Virus record (IMG/VR): IMGVR_UViG_3300031555_001437
Reading direction: 5' to 3' (one strand)
DNA length: 64,000 nt
Source: a virus
Taxonomy: Duplodnaviria > Caudoviricetes
The notes beneath the pieces are model-generated. The model searched no databases and had not been told where the DNA came from. It saw only the letters and a program-made list of their open reading frames with translations. The first letter of the stretch is position 1. Each line of letters begins with the position of its first letter. Below are positions 23,144 to 32,459 of this stretch, in pieces. Both the position numbers and the translations under genes were made by a program.

Positions 23144-26100
23144 ATGTATTTAAGATTACCCAAAGACTTGTTTGATAATTATAGTCCACCGCAGATGTTC
23201 TTATGTACTGCTGGAGGCAAAATCATTGGTGAACTGCCAGCGTATGCGGTGAGTCTTGACGCAAAGTGGAACGCATATAGCGAAGCAAGTTTCTCTATCG
23301 ACCGACAGTATGTAGATGTACTGACTGGCGAGACAAAAGTTCATCCATTGTTTGACAAAGCAGAAGGGTTGCGACAGGTTTATATGCGCAATATGGGATA
23401 TTTCATCATTCAAGACCCAGATTATACTAGTGGCGATAATGATTCAAAAACCATATCAATGTTTAGCACAGAATATTCAACTGGAAGTAAGTATCTCGAA
23501 AATTTCTACATTAATACTGGCGAAGTTGACTCAAAGGAAGTTACGTATTTGGCAAGTATTTATGGTGAAAATTATACGATAGATACCCCGTACGAGAGAG
23601 CTGTGTCTGGCGCATACGACTCATATCAAAGCTATTATATCAAAGAATATTCTGATAATGATTCATATGTTTATTCTCAGATGCAAATAGCTGATGAAGA
23701 CATATACCAATCACACTTTAATGGTGGGGCAAATTCTGGTATTTTGTTGTATGTGAAAAAATACCCAAATGTCAGATTTTATTATCCTACAACGCCAGAG
23801 CTAAGCTTGTTGCATTTGATATTTGAAAAGATTCCAGATTGGTCTATCGGCAATGTTGACTCATCTTTGTGGCGTAAAGAGCGTAAGTTTGATGAAGAGC
23901 GCGTTGCGGTTTATGACTTTTTGATGAATCAGGTTGCTGATACGTTTAAGTGTGTCGTTGAATGGGATACTATTAATCGTCGAGTTAATTTTTACGAAGA
24001 GGCAGAGGATGGTATTACAGAAGATAATACAGTGCAAACAAGATTTGAAACAGATGTGTATATTAGCAAAAATAATCTTGCAAAAGAAATAAATATCTCT
24101 TACTCTGCCGATGATATCAAAACAAAATTGAAAGTAACTGGCTCTGACGGTCTGACTGTTCGTGAGGTAAACCTTGGCAGAAATTACATCTTGAATCTTG
24201 ATTATTATCATGATTTAGACTGGATGGAACAAGATTTATACGACGCATATCAAAACTACCTTGATACGTGTGAAGCGTACTCTCCGAAATACACGGAGGC
24301 GGTGCAAGGTCGTGTGTCGGCGTATAATAAATGGAACGATTTGATGCATGCGGTGCCAGTTACCGACGATGTCGTTCTTATTGGAGACGAATTTAAGAAA
24401 CTTTATTGTTTGTTTACCCCAATCAGCACTGCGTATGTGTCGTATACTATCAGCGACAGTAATCTTGGAGGAACGATTGATAATTTGTACGCCGACCCAG
24501 AATGCGCAACGGTTATTGATAAGACTACACTTGAAGATGGGGTCGAGTTTACTGTACAAGGATACGCATATGCATACCAGGCAAGCAATGATGTTTATGT
24601 TTGTAAGCGAAATATTTCAACGTCAAGCGCTATGGAAGCATTAACAAAACAACTTGGTTTATATCTTGTCAATGAAGACACTGAAGCAAATAAGAAAGAT
24701 AATGTGCTTTTGACATTAAAAAATGTTAATTCTGATACTGCGACAGTACGTATTTACAATAATGGGTCAAAGGGCGAGCCAGAATATATGATTCAGGTGG
24801 TTGTCGTTCAAGCTGGAAGTGGCATAACAGAACAACCTTCTTTATTTACAATGAAACAATGGATTACTGGAGCTTTGACTGCACAAGTCATGGGTTTGAT
24901 TGACTACACGGTTGCATCTATTGGAACTATGGGAGCATATTTCGTACTTGCCAAAGATGAGAGAATAAAGGCCAATCTTGAGGATTATGGTGTAAATCTA
25001 TTACAAGAAAAATATGATACATATATGACTATTTTTAAGGTGCAGACCGAGGGGATGTTGTCGCAAGATAAATATCAATGCACCGCAAGCGACGAAGCTC
25101 CGACTGGATCAATTGCAGAAAATACTATGTGGTTAGACACAAATTCTAGCCCAGTAAAGTTGTATAAATATACTGGAGGCAGATGGGCGGAGTACGAGGG
25201 CGACCCAAAAGACTTTGAGAATTATATACGATACAAGGACAATTATGACAAATTGATTGCCGTTCAAGAGGTTTTGCTGGCAAAGAAGTCGAAGGCTGAA
25301 TATATCTTAAACGGATATGCAGTGCCAAACAGAAAGATTGTCATTGGTGTAAACGATGGATCTTCTCTTGAGGGTAACATGTATAGAGCAGCACTTCAAC
25401 ACTTTGATGGATATTCTGTTACCAGACAAGATATGGACACGTCTTTGCCGTTATATACGTTTACAACGTCCAAATATCCAGAAGAAACTTTTGTCGTGTA
25501 TCTTAATGGTACAACTCCGTATGTCTCATATGCAAACTCTCAGGGCGTATATCAGGCAACTATGAATCGTATTAACCAAATGACCGACTTGGAGAAGTTC
25601 TTTACGGCAGAACAGTGGCGCGATTTGACTCATTTTATTCGCGAAGACGAATACAGTGATGATAATTTCTTGTTGACAGGGTATGAATCTGAAGAGGAAA
25701 TTATTGAAATCAGCAAAGAACTCATGGAGACTGCAAGCAAAGAGCTCAAGACGTTGTCGCGTCCAAGCCTGAAGTTCTCGATGACTATGGCTAATATTTT
25801 GGCATTATCAGAATTCGAACCTCTTATGAGTCAGTTCCAGCTTGGCAATTTTGTACGAGTTCATATTAGAGATAAGTATGTAAAGAGAGCAAGGCTACTT
25901 GAGGTTCACTTGAATTTCGATGACCTGAGTGATTTTAGTGCAGATTTTGGTGACCTTGTTACGACGCGAAGCGAAATTGATAAACACGCTGAACTGTTAA
26001 AACAGGCTGTTACAGCTGGTAAGCAAGTGGCGGCATCGGCTGGAGAGTGGCAGAAAGCGGTTGACAAGTCAAATAGACTTGAAGAATCTATTGCTGCTGG

Positions 26101-26818
26101 TCTTCAAGATGTTACTTTGGAAATTGGCAAGGCAAGCGGCCAAAGTATTGAGTTTGGACCATATGGATTGCGCGGAAGAAAGTTAGTTGATGGAACTACT
26201 GATCAATACGAACAAGAACAGGTCGCTCTGATGAACAATAAATTGGTATTTACTGCGGACGGTTGGAAAACAAGTGCATCTGCATTTGGTAAATTTACAA
26301 TTGATGGTGTTGACCAGTGGGGTCTGCTCGCTAAGGCGATGATCGGAGGGTATATCGAGGGTGCTATACTGAAGGGCGGAAGTCTAGAGGTTGGAGGCGA
26401 AGGTGGCACGTTTCGAGTTTATCCTAACGGTTCTGTTCAAATTCTTGGCCCAAACAACGACAATGTCTATGCTTCTTCTGGTGACGTTCATACATTAACC
26501 AAGGCACTACAGTATCAGACCGAACTCGTTTACGATGGCTCGACTATATTTTCTGACTTAAACGACGAATGTATCGTCACTTGTAAAGTTTTAAGACTCA
26601 ATAGCACTACTGAACAATACGACGATATCACGGAGCAACTGAATGGTATTGCTACGTTTACATGGAGACGTATTCCGTCTCCTTGGAAACCAAGCGCAAC
26701 GCCAGCGACAGATGCAAGTTTGAAATTCAATCAAATCAAAATAACACACGAAGATGTTGTGAAGAATGCACAATTTACATGCCAAGTAGAGTTTGATGAC
26801 TCTGCGCTAAGTTCTTAA
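23144..26818 (+). CDS. Baseplate hub / Tal-like tail protein
   Basis: Follows Dit; C-proximal ELKTLSRPSLKFSMTM...FQLGNFVRV...FSADFGD segment typical of siphophage Tal. Confidence 0.7.
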   Translation: MYLRLPKDLFDNYSPPQMFLCTAGGKIIGELPAYAVSLDAKWNAYSEASFSIDRQYVDVLTGETKVHPLFDKAEGLRQVYMRNMGYFIIQDPDYTSGDNDSKTISMFSTEYSTGSKYLENFYINTGEVDSKEVTYLASIYGENYTIDTPYERAVSGAYDSYQSYYIKEYSDNDSYVYSQMQIADEDIYQSHFNGGANSGILLYVKKYPNVRFYYPTTPELSLLHLIFEKIPDWSIGNVDSSLWRKERKFDEERVAVYDFLMNQVADTFKCVVEWDTINRRVNFYEEAEDGITEDNTVQTRFETDVYISKNNLAKEINISYSADDIKTKLKVTGSDGLTVREVNLGRNYILNLDYYHDLDWMEQDLYDAYQNYLDTCEAYSPKYTEAVQGRVSAYNKWNDLMHAVPVTDDVVLIGDEFKKLYCLFTPISTAYVSYTISDSNLGGTIDNLYADPECATVIDKTTLEDGVEFTVQGYAYAYQASNDVYVCKRNISTSSAMEALTKQLGLYLVNEDTEANKKDNVLLTLKNVNSDTATVRIYNNGSKGEPEYMIQVVVVQAGSGITEQPSLFTMKQWITGALTAQVMGLIDYTVASIGTMGAYFVLAKDERIKANLEDYGVNLLQEKYDTYMTIFKVQTEGMLSQDKYQCTASDEAPTGSIAENTMWLDTNSSPVKLYKYTGGRWAEYEGDPKDFENYIRYKDNYDKLIAVQEVLLAKKSKAEYILNGYAVPNRKIVIGVNDGSSLEGNMYRAALQHFDGYSVTRQDMDTSLPLYTFTTSKYPEETFVVYLNGTTPYVSYANSQGVYQATMNRINQMTDLEKFFTAEQWRDLTHFIREDEYSDDNFLLTGYESEEEIIEISKELMETASKELKTLSRPSLKFSMTMANILALSEFEPLMSQFQLGNFVRVHIRDKYVKRARLLEVHLNFDDLSDFSADFGDLVTTRSEIDKHAELLKQAVTAGKQVAASAGEWQKAVDKSNRLEESIAAGLQDVTLEIGKASGQSIEFGPYGLRGRKLVDGTTDQYEQEQVALMNNKLVFTADGWKTSASAFGKFTIDGVDQWGLLAKAMIGGYIEGAILKGGSLEVGGEGGTFRVYPNGSVQILGPNNDNVYASSGDVHTLTKALQYQTELVYDGSTIFSDLNDECIVTCKVLRLNSTTEQYDDITEQLNGIATFTWRRIPSPWKPSATPATDASLKFNQIKITHEDVVKNAQFTCQVEFDDSALSS

Positions 26819-26834
26819 GAAAGGAGGATATGCT

Positions 26835-29183
26835 ATGGCACAACAAACACTAACAACTAATCCTGTAACATTTTTGGACTACACGGATAGTCGTAAGTTG
26901 GATGTTTATATTACATCTAATTTACCGCAAACACAAATTTACAATCCTAACAGCGGAGCATATTCTCCAGACTGGAAGGCTACTCCACTAATATTGAGCT
27001 CTGATATCTTTTTAGATTATGAAGAAATTACTGGAGCCACAATAACTTGGTACGAACAAATAGGCTCTGATACAGAGGCACAAATTGGCACTGGCGAGTC
27101 TATCACAATAAGCGGAAATAGAATGCACGGAGCTACAGCATCCGTCACGTATACATGTAAAGTTGCATATCAAAACACATCTGCGTTTTCTAAAATAACT
27201 TTTGTTCGCTCCGATACTGGTTTGAACGGTTCGGATGGTACGTCTGTTACCATTAAAGATACTGCGTATTACAAAGGCACATTAACGGATGTAAACGTTG
27301 GTGAAGTTGTCGTGATTTATTCCGACGTTGATTGTAAAGATGCTTTGATCACAGATGAGTTAATTGATGGAGACGCATATATCGTTCAAGGGTATTTGTG
27401 CGTTTATAATGGCACAAAAAACGGTTTTATCTGTGCGGGAGAAATACGTGGACCAGAAGGCAAAAGCGCTCAAAGCATAATTCTAAATTCAACATCTCAA
27501 GTGTTCAGAATTAGTAAAAATAACGTTATGTCTCCTTCGTCAATTGTTATTACGGCGCAAGCCATCAATACGACTGTAACCAGTTGGACGTATAGTACAA
27601 ACGGCGGTGTTACGTTCGTAAGTGCCGCCCCTGCTGGTGTTGTACAATCTGGCGACCAGGTGACTATTACTGGCGCCGAGCTTGAATACAATGTGCTTGT
27701 TGTGAAGGCCTCCGACGGAACATATAGCGATATTTATACTGTGTATAAAATATCCGACGGCACAGATGGTAGACCTGGAGATGCTGGTCAATCAGCCTCT
27801 ATGGCGTTTTTAACGAATGAGAATATAACGTTTAGTGCTGATGAACAGGGGCAAGTCCCTTTGACGTCCGTAAGTACAAATGTTGTAGCATACAGTGGTA
27901 CAACAAAAGTTACCCCAACGCTAGGAACTATTAACACAGATTTGTTACCATCTGGAATGACAATTGAGAGCATTACCGAGGTGAGCAATGAGCTCATGAT
28001 TACTATTAAAGTTGGTAGCTTGGCTACGCTTGGCTCATCTCTCAGCAATAGCGGAACCATTAACATCCCTGTTGTCAGCCCAGTTAGTACTGTTCTTACA
28101 TTAGGATGGAGCAAAATAAACACTGGCGCTACTGGCGCCGATGGCACTGATGCTGTTACTTTTCAGGTATATTCTGCGAATGGCTATGTGCTATCAAAAG
28201 ATACACCGTCGGTACTGCTGCAGACATTTGCATACAACGGGGATGCTCTAATTGAGGCTGGTGCAACATATCAGTGGTACGTCCAGCCAAAAACTACACA
28301 ATATAATTTGGCAAAAGCGACTGAATATGATTCCGTAGAAGTTTACTATATTTTAGACACCGATGGAACATATAAACAGATATATATTGCAGATGAAGAT
28401 ACGTATAACACTCACTTTGGCAGTGGAGCTAACGCTGGTGTTCCTCTCTACGTCGAAGTTGAGTGGATAGAGTTAACAGAAACAAAAATCGAAGAAGTTG
28501 TCGATGAAAATACTGGCGCGGTAACTTTGGTGACGTCGACCGTTCTGGCGACGTCTCCATACACGACGATACGCCACACTGATGTTTCGTTTAGCACAAG
28601 CTATATGTGTAAGATGAAATTTGGAAATGCTGAATACGTTGATGTCGTTACTATTGATGACAAGAACGATGCCAATATCGTATTTACGTCTAAGCCTACG
28701 TCTTATGCTGCTGGCGATATTTGGATTGTTGGCACAGATTACGCTCCACGTGGAGTAGAGATTGGAACTGTATTAAAAGCCCAACATGCAAACAGCTCGT
28801 ATGCCGATGCGGACTGGGTGGCAGGTACTAAATACGACGATAAATTAATTGATTTAGAAACAGACGTTGGTACTTATAAACAGTTTATTTCTTTAGATAC
28901 CAAGTATGGAATTACAATGAATGCAATAGACGAGAGTGGTCGTGCTTCGGAATTTTCGACAACGTTATCGAACACCCAATTATCTTTTAATCAGGCGGGT
29001 GAGGCTGTTGCTTATATTAATAATCATAAAATGCATATTACTGAGGCTGAGATCGAGTCGCCGCTGACGGTTACTGGTAAGTATTCTGGTAACGCAATGT
29101 TGCAAGCGCCAACTATTAATCTTGGCAATTTTAGTTTAGTAGTTGAGGGCAACGGTAGCTTCTCAATAGTTTCTAATTTGTAA
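26835..29183 (+). CDS. Minor tail / baseplate protein with Ig-like and collagen-like segments
   Basis: AAGGAGG RBS; QIYNPNSGAYSPDW, YQWY, YMCKM beta-rich modules. Confidence 0.65.
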   Translation: MAQQTLTTNPVTFLDYTDSRKLDVYITSNLPQTQIYNPNSGAYSPDWKATPLILSSDIFLDYEEITGATITWYEQIGSDTEAQIGTGESITISGNRMHGATASVTYTCKVAYQNTSAFSKITFVRSDTGLNGSDGTSVTIKDTAYYKGTLTDVNVGEVVVIYSDVDCKDALITDELIDGDAYIVQGYLCVYNGTKNGFICAGEIRGPEGKSAQSIILNSTSQVFRISKNNVMSPSSIVITAQAINTTVTSWTYSTNGGVTFVSAAPAGVVQSGDQVTITGAELEYNVLVVKASDGTYSDIYTVYKISDGTDGRPGDAGQSASMAFLTNENITFSADEQGQVPLTSVSTNVVAYSGTTKVTPTLGTINTDLLPSGMTIESITEVSNELMITIKVGSLATLGSSLSNSGTINIPVVSPVSTVLTLGWSKINTGATGADGTDAVTFQVYSANGYVLSKDTPSVLLQTFAYNGDALIEAGATYQWYVQPKTTQYNLAKATEYDSVEVYYILDTDGTYKQIYIADEDTYNTHFGSGANAGVPLYVEVEWIELTETKIEEVVDENTGAVTLVTSTVLATSPYTTIRHTDVSFSTSYMCKMKFGNAEYVDVVTIDDKNDANIVFTSKPTSYAAGDIWIVGTDYAPRGVEIGTVLKAQHANSSYADADWVAGTKYDDKLIDLETDVGTYKQFISLDTKYGITMNAIDESGRASEFSTTLSNTQLSFNQAGEAVAYINNHKMHITEAEIESPLTVTGKYSGNAMLQAPTINLGNFSLVVEGNGSFSIVSNL

Positions 29184-29203
29184 AATAAACGAGGTGAAAA
29201 GAA

Positions 29204-30907
29204 ATGGCTATTACAGGAAGTTTTTCAACAAGTACTGGTGTTGCATTCAATCTAATCGCATATTATTCGTATACGCAAGATACTGCAGCCAACACTTCCA
29301 AGGTTACCGTTACATTAAAATTGGCGCATAAATCTATTAGCGCATCTGCTTTGAGTGGATCTTATTTGTCTGTGGCTGGAAACAAGACCTCATATAGTAA
29401 GTATATTTCTCAGAGCAGCAATACTTTGACTGAGACTACATTGGCAACAAATACTGTTACGGTGGCTCATAGCAGTTCTGGCAAGGGAACATGTGCTATA
29501 AAGGCAACTTTTGTTCTAAATGGTTCGTATAGCGGTAAATCGATTGGAACGTTAACACTGAGCGAAACACTTACGCTTAAAACAATCCCCAGAGCCTCAG
29601 CTTTGAGTGTGGTTAGTAGTATGAACACTGGGTCAACTCTCAACGTGTCCATATCTCCATCGGATAGTTCTTTTAAACATAAGGTTAAATTTATTGTAGA
29701 TGGAGTAGATAAGCATACTAGTGATTTCATAGCCGCTGGAACAACATCATACGGCTATAAAATTCCTCACGCATGGTCGCCAGATAAGCCTAGCAAAACC
29801 ATGACTGTGCGTTTATATACATATGCATCGAATGGCACTCTGATTGATACAGCGGAGAAGACGGTGACTATCAACGTCCCAGCTACTATCGTACCGACAA
29901 TTTCGTCGGTCAAAGCAGGTGTGTCTGCTGGGTTGGACGGCAAATATGTGCAAAACAAATCGAAAGTAACAATCACTATTACGGCTAGCCACAATGGAGA
30001 ATCGACCATTACTGGCTATGAGTACAGCGGTAAAAATATTGCTGGTACTAGCGATTCGTACGCTGGCACTGCTGCATCTAAAACAAGTGGAGTCATTCAG
30101 TCCTCTGGAACCCAAACGTATAAGGTTAGAGCGAAGGATGCAAGAGGACGCTATTCTGATTGGAAGTCTGTGGATATATATGTGTATCCATATACAGCTC
30201 CAAAAATAACGTCTTTGCAGGCACAAAGATGCTTACAAAATGAGACGCTAGACAATAACGGCACATATGCAAAGCTCACAATAAAAACGTCACACGCTGA
30301 CGTCGGTGGTGCAAACACTGCGACAATAACCGTCGCAACCAGCAAAGATAATTATGCGACTTCTGTAACTATTGCGTCGTCTTCAAGCGCATCTAATACA
30401 TATTCAGAAGTTTTGGGAGATGGGTTTAAGGTTGACGCGGCTTACACTATACGGGTTGTTGTTACTGATGAATACGGCGCCGAAGACACTGAATATGTTG
30501 AATTGAAATCTGCGCAACGGTCTTTAAATATAGCGAAATACGGAAACGGAGTTGCTATAGGCGGTTTAAGCACAGTAACAAGTGCAAGTGCAAAAGGGCT
30601 ATTTGAATGTAACTGGGATACAGAAATCAAGGCGAAATTAACGGTTGAAGGATTTAGGGTGCCAGAGGTTCAACATGGAAATGTGAGCATAACGCCTAGC
30701 GCGGCCAATACTCCCACTTCTAAAGTGGTTACTTTTACGCGACAGTTTTCTGGCAGCCCAGATATTGTAGCGTCTGCCCACACATCTGTACCTGGTACTA
30801 CTGTTTTAGGTGTTGGAACGGCAAGCCGCAGTGCAACCGAATGTACAATCTGGTTGACAAGAACAAATACAACAGCAACGACAATCAATTGGGTGGCGGT
30901 TTATTAA
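29204..30907 (+). CDS. Siphovirus minor structural protein (DUF859-like) with C-terminal H-type-lectin-like domain
   Basis: YTQDTAANTSKVTV, TLKTIPRAS, ARGRYSD...YPYTAPKI motifs; VTFTRQFSGSPDIV...INWVAV C-terminus. Confidence 0.7.
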   Translation: MAITGSFSTSTGVAFNLIAYYSYTQDTAANTSKVTVTLKLAHKSISASALSGSYLSVAGNKTSYSKYISQSSNTLTETTLATNTVTVAHSSSGKGTCAIKATFVLNGSYSGKSIGTLTLSETLTLKTIPRASALSVVSSMNTGSTLNVSISPSDSSFKHKVKFIVDGVDKHTSDFIAAGTTSYGYKIPHAWSPDKPSKTMTVRLYTYASNGTLIDTAEKTVTINVPATIVPTISSVKAGVSAGLDGKYVQNKSKVTITITASHNGESTITGYEYSGKNIAGTSDSYAGTAASKTSGVIQSSGTQTYKVRAKDARGRYSDWKSVDIYVYPYTAPKITSLQAQRCLQNETLDNNGTYAKLTIKTSHADVGGANTATITVATSKDNYATSVTIASSSSASNTYSEVLGDGFKVDAAYTIRVVVTDEYGAEDTEYVELKSAQRSLNIAKYGNGVAIGGLSTVTSASAKGLFECNWDTEIKAKLTVEGFRVPEVQHGNVSITPSAANTPTSKVVTFTRQFSGSPDIVASAHTSVPGTTVLGVGTASRSATECTIWLTRTNTTATTINWVAVY

Positions 30908-30918
30908 GGAGAGTTTAT

Positions 30919-31122
30919 ATGAAATTTTATGATAAGAACGGTATTGAGTTAAATATTGGAGATACAATTTCACCAGACGCAGGAAGAAAACTTTTGATTG
31001 TATCTGTTTTTTATGTAGAAGATTACCAAGAAGAATGTATGTTCGGTCAGCAAATAGAAGACCCGCTGGCGTTTTCTGTGCTGACGAAGGACAATCTTAA
31101 ACTACAATGGACAAAAAATTAA
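30919..31122 (+). CDS. Hypothetical protein (67 aa)
   Basis: AAGGAG RBS before ATG at 30919 (MKFYDKNG...). Confidence 0.6.
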   Translation: MKFYDKNGIELNIGDTISPDAGRKLLIVSVFYVEDYQEECMFGQQIEDPLAFSVLTKDNLKLQWTKN

Positions 31123-31152
31123 AACAATTAAAAGTTAGGAGGTGAAAAAAGA

Positions 31153-31617
31153 ATGGAGCTCCTAAAAGATATTGGCGCGGTCGTTGGACTTGTTTTGTCT
31201 GCTGTTTCGTTAATCACGATTTGTGTAAGACCTATACGTAGACGTGTGGTTAATTTCATCGCAACCATTTCAGACAAAGCTGCAACTGCAGAAACGTTAC
31301 GTGAAATCAAGTACGAAATCAAAGAAATGAAAGAGCATATATCACAAAACACAGTAGAGCGTCGTCAGCAAATCGCAGAAATGCAGGATCAAATCAACGA
31401 TATTATTACGTTTGATAAAAAGAACCACGAAGCGTTAAAAGATATGATACGCGAAAAAATCGTCAGCGTATATTACACCAATCTAGAAAATAAGTCTCTA
31501 CACTATGAAGAGTGGGAGAGTGTTTCTGAATTGGCAAATTCTTATTTCTCGCTTGGTGGCAACCACTTTATTAAAGGGTTGATGGATCAGATGAAGAACT
31601 GGACGATCATGAGATAA
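31153..31617 (+). CDS. Holin-associated membrane protein (N-terminal TM + coiled coil)
   Basis: AGGAGG RBS; one TM helix; C-terminal YFSLGGNH motif common in Firmicutes phage lysis cassettes. Confidence 0.65.
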   Translation: MELLKDIGAVVGLVLSAVSLITICVRPIRRRVVNFIATISDKAATAETLREIKYEIKEMKEHISQNTVERRQQIAEMQDQINDIITFDKKNHEALKDMIREKIVSVYYTNLENKSLHYEEWESVSELANSYFSLGGNHFIKGLMDQMKNWTIMR

Positions 31618-31633
31618 AAAAGGAGATGATAAT

Positions 31634-31939
31634 ATGGATGCGCTTCAATTGGTTGTTTCTATTTTGTCTGGATTGATTACATGCATACCGCTTGTAATTG
31701 AACTAATTAAGTACATAGAAAAAGCAATGAAGGAAAAGAATTGGACAAGCCTAATGCAAATGACGTTGCAATTAATGTCAGAAGCTGAAGGGAATTTCCA
31801 AACTGGGGAAGAAAAGAAAGCGTATGTCATGAATACTTTGGGCGCACTTCAGCGCACTCTGAATTATGACATTGATGAACAAGCTGTCAGCGATATGATA
31901 GATTCTATCTGCTTGGCAAGTAAAAAGATAAACACATAA
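31634..31939 (+). CDS. Phage holin (LLH-like)
   Basis: N-terminal TM; EAE...GEEKKAYV...IDS motif. Confidence 0.7.
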   Translation: MDALQLVVSILSGLITCIPLVIELIKYIEKAMKEKNWTSLMQMTLQLMSEAEGNFQTGEEKKAYVMNTLGALQRTLNYDIDEQAVSDMIDSICLASKKINT

Positions 31940-31946
31940 TACAACG

Positions 31947-31980
31947 GGGCTGCGGAGAAATCTGCAGCCCTTATTTTTTT
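31947..31980 (+). terminator. Terminator at convergence of late (+) and early (-) arms
   Basis: GGGCTGCGGA-GAAA-TCTGCAGCCC followed by TTATTTTTTT. Confidence 0.85.
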
Positions 31981-32126
31981 GCGTTTTCGAGATATTGTTT
32001 TGCAACATTCAAGAACCATGAATTTAGCGTACGAGACTCCTCGTTGGCGCTCTTCTCTATCTGAAAATGCAAATCTTGAGGAATACGCAACGTGAATACT
32101 TTTCGTGGTTGTTTATCTTTTTCCAT
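31971..32126 (-). CDS. Arc-like ribbon-helix-helix DNA-binding protein (51 aa; not in ORF track)
   Basis: MEKDKQPRKVFTLRIPQDLHFQIEKSANEESRTLNSWFLNVAKQYLENAKK; GGAGAGGTG RBS; FTLRIP...R(S/T)LN Arc signature. Confidence 0.8.
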   Translation of the reverse strand: MEKDKQPRKVFTLRIPQDLHFQIEKSANEESRTLNSWFLNVAKQYLENAKK

Positions 32127-32322
32127 CTTATCACCTCTCCCCCCCTATAATATCACAAATATATTTTGACTGCAAATTTTGACTAAATAACTTCACGTTT
32201 TGAATAATATTATGCAGGGTGGGCAACAATACAAATAACACAATTTAATCTCCAAGTACTTATTGGTTTTGTGATCTTTTTTTGAAGTGGAGTCGCTTAT
32301 TGCGGCTCTTATTTTTTACGCG

Positions 32323-32346
32323 AAAAAAAGAGCGGTAGCCCCGCTC
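32323..32346 (-). terminator. Terminator downstream of integrase
   Basis: On - strand GAGCGG-GGCTA-CCGCTC followed by a T run. Confidence 0.7.
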
Positions 32347-32376
32347 CGCTTATATGCTCGTAACAAGTATTTTATT

Positions 32377-32428
32377 GTGGTGAAAGTTTCTAACATGACA
32401 CCAATGACAGGTTTAAAACTAGCTCCAC
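32377..32428. other. Candidate attP site of the large serine integrase
   Basis: 52-bp imperfect inverted repeat centred on CCAA (32401-32404): AGTTTCTAACATGACA / TGACAGGTTTAAAACT (12/16 symmetric) with outer GTGG / CCAC; lies just downstream of the integrase stop. Confidence 0.6.
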
Positions 32429-32459
32429 TTAAAACACAGAATCTTCGGCTGTTACGAGC

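Noticed and set aside
1-30907. Diversity-generating retroelement or invertible tail-fibre cassette
   Set aside because: No reverse transcriptase, no adenine-specific TR/VR pair and no adjacent invertase seen; the repeats are in-frame protein repeats.
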